Of a stretch of DNA of 64,000 nt, positions 62,818-64,000 are shown one piece after another (positions within the stretch are counted from its first letter, which is position 1; each line of letters opens with the position of its first letter). A model generated the notes under the pieces. The model searched no databases. It was given only the letters and a program-made list of their open reading frames with translations, and was not told the origin of the DNA. This DNA comes from Podarcis vaucheri (taxonomy: Eukaryota): NCBI GenBank assembly GCA_965113315.1, contig OZ220370.1. One strand, 5' to 3'. Made by a program: the position numbers and the translations under genes.

Positions 62818-64000
62818 ATGGACAAAAGGCAGGAAGAGGATGGCAGAACATTCAGAAGGCAAGTACTGCTTCTCTTATTTTTGCCTTTCTCCTGCTGGGC
62901 TGCCTCAGAGCAGATTCGCTATTCTATCCCTGAGGAGATGGCAAAGGGTTCGATTGTGGGGAATCTTGCCAAAGATTTGGGACTGAATGCCAGAGATCTA
63001 GGAAGGCGCAATCTGCATGCTGCCTCTGTGAACAAAATGCAGTATTTCAGTATAAGTGCAGACAATGGAAATCTTTATGTGAATGACAGAATTGATAGGG
63101 AGGAAATATGTGGCACAACTCCACTCTGCCTTATTAATTTTGAAGTGGTGATGGAAAATCCTTTAAATGTTTTCCATATAACAATTCTTGTACAGGATAT
63201 TAATGATAATGCACCACATTTCCTTGGTGATATAATCAACTTGGAGATAATAGAATCAACTGTTCTAGGAACCAGATTTCTCCTTGGGAAAGCAGAAGAT
63301 CCTGATATTGGGTTGAACTCTCTCCAGAATTACCAGCTGAGCTCCAACCAGTACTTCACCTTGGAAGTAAGGGAGAGAAAAGATGGAAATAAATATGCAG
63401 AATTAGTGCTAAGTAAAGTTATGGATCGAGAAAGTGAACAGACTATTCACTTGATCCTTACAGCCTTGGATGGGGGCGAACCAAGAAAAACTGGGACTGT
63501 CCAGATACGAATTAATGTCACAGATGCCAATGACAACCCACCTGTTTTCACTCAGGAGGTGTACAAAGTCAATATACCTGAAAATGTTCCTGTTGGGTCA
63601 CTTGTGCTCCAGGTTGTAGCCTCAGATAAAGATGAAAGCTCTTATGCTCAGATCAGGTATCAGTTCAGCAACATACCAGCAAGCAGCCACAAGAAATTCA
63701 GTTTGGATCCAATTAATGGCATAGTCACTCTTACAGGACTGCTCAACTTTGAGGAAACTAAAGAATATACCATGGCAGTAGAAGCCAAAGATGGTGGCGG
63801 ATTGGTGGCACAATCCAACATTGAAATAACTGTACTTGATGAGAATGATAATGCCCCAGAGGTGACTTTAGCCTCCATGTTCAGTCCTGTTCCTGAAGAT
63901 TCTCTGCCAGGAACTGTTATTGCTCTGATCAATGTGAATGACAAAGATAGTGGAGATAATGGGAAGGTTACTTGCTATTTACAGGATGATTTACCCTTCA
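62818..64000 (+). CDS. PCDHGB: Protocadherin gamma-B-like variable exon 11 (clade B1), runs off window end
   Basis: Not in the ORF track (no stop in the window). ATG at 62818 reads [40 protein letters not shown]..., continuing through EC1-EC3 into EC4. Confidence 0.9.
   Translation, partial: MDKRQEEDGRTFRRQVLLLLFLPFSCWAASEQIRYSIPEEMAKGSIVGNLAKDLGLNARDLGRRNLHAASVNKMQYFSISADNGNLYVNDRIDREEICGTTPLCLINFEVVMENPLNVFHITILVQDINDNAPHFLGDIINLEIIESTVLGTRFLLGKAEDPDIGLNSLQNYQLSSNQYFTLEVRERKDGNKYAELVLSKVMDRESEQTIHLILTALDGGEPRKTGTVQIRINVTDANDNPPVFTQEVYKVNIPENVPVGSLVLQVVASDKDESSYAQIRYQFSNIPASSHKKFSLDPINGIVTLTGLLNFEETKEYTMAVEAKDGGGLVAQSNIEITVLDENDNAPEVTLASMFSPVPEDSLPGTVIALINVNDKDSGDNGKVTCYLQDDLPF

Noticed and set aside
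1-64000. Pcdhg constant exons, C-type exons, alpha or beta genes
   Set aside because: No QAPPNTDWRFSQ-type constant sequence was seen, and all tails are gammaA- or gammaB-type with splice donors.

Overview
Vertebrate genomic DNA, most likely a squamate (lizard; Sauria SINEs and the other repeats point that way, possibly a lacertid, which is inference). The window is an internal 64-kb slice of the clustered protocadherin-gamma (Pcdhg) variable region. It holds ten complete and one 3'-truncated large variable exons, all on the + strand (signal peptide, EC1-EC6, TM, variable cytoplasmic segment). Each complete exon ends in a phase-0 GT splice donor, and each exon is preceded by its own promoter with the conserved CSE/CTCF element. 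Two exons are gammaA-like and nine are gammaB-like. The gammaB exons fall into two clades (here B1 and B2) in the order A-B1-B2-B1-B2-B1-B2-B1-B2'-A-B1. A decayed gammaA relic follows exon 1. No constant exons are in the window. The 3' halves of exons are homogenised within each clade (gene conversion), while short EC2/EC3 motifs appear shuffled between clades. Intergenic DNA carries Sauria SINEs, tRNA/CR1 SINEs, L1/L2/CR1/RTE fragments, hAT and Tc1/mariner MITEs, a CpG-rich 1.4-kb hAT element, and a Penelope-like insertion whose perfect 160-bp inverted repeat contains a minimal hammerhead ribozyme. The overall system (stochastic-promoter Pcdhg array) is known; the potentially new points are its internal architecture and the elements listed under findings.
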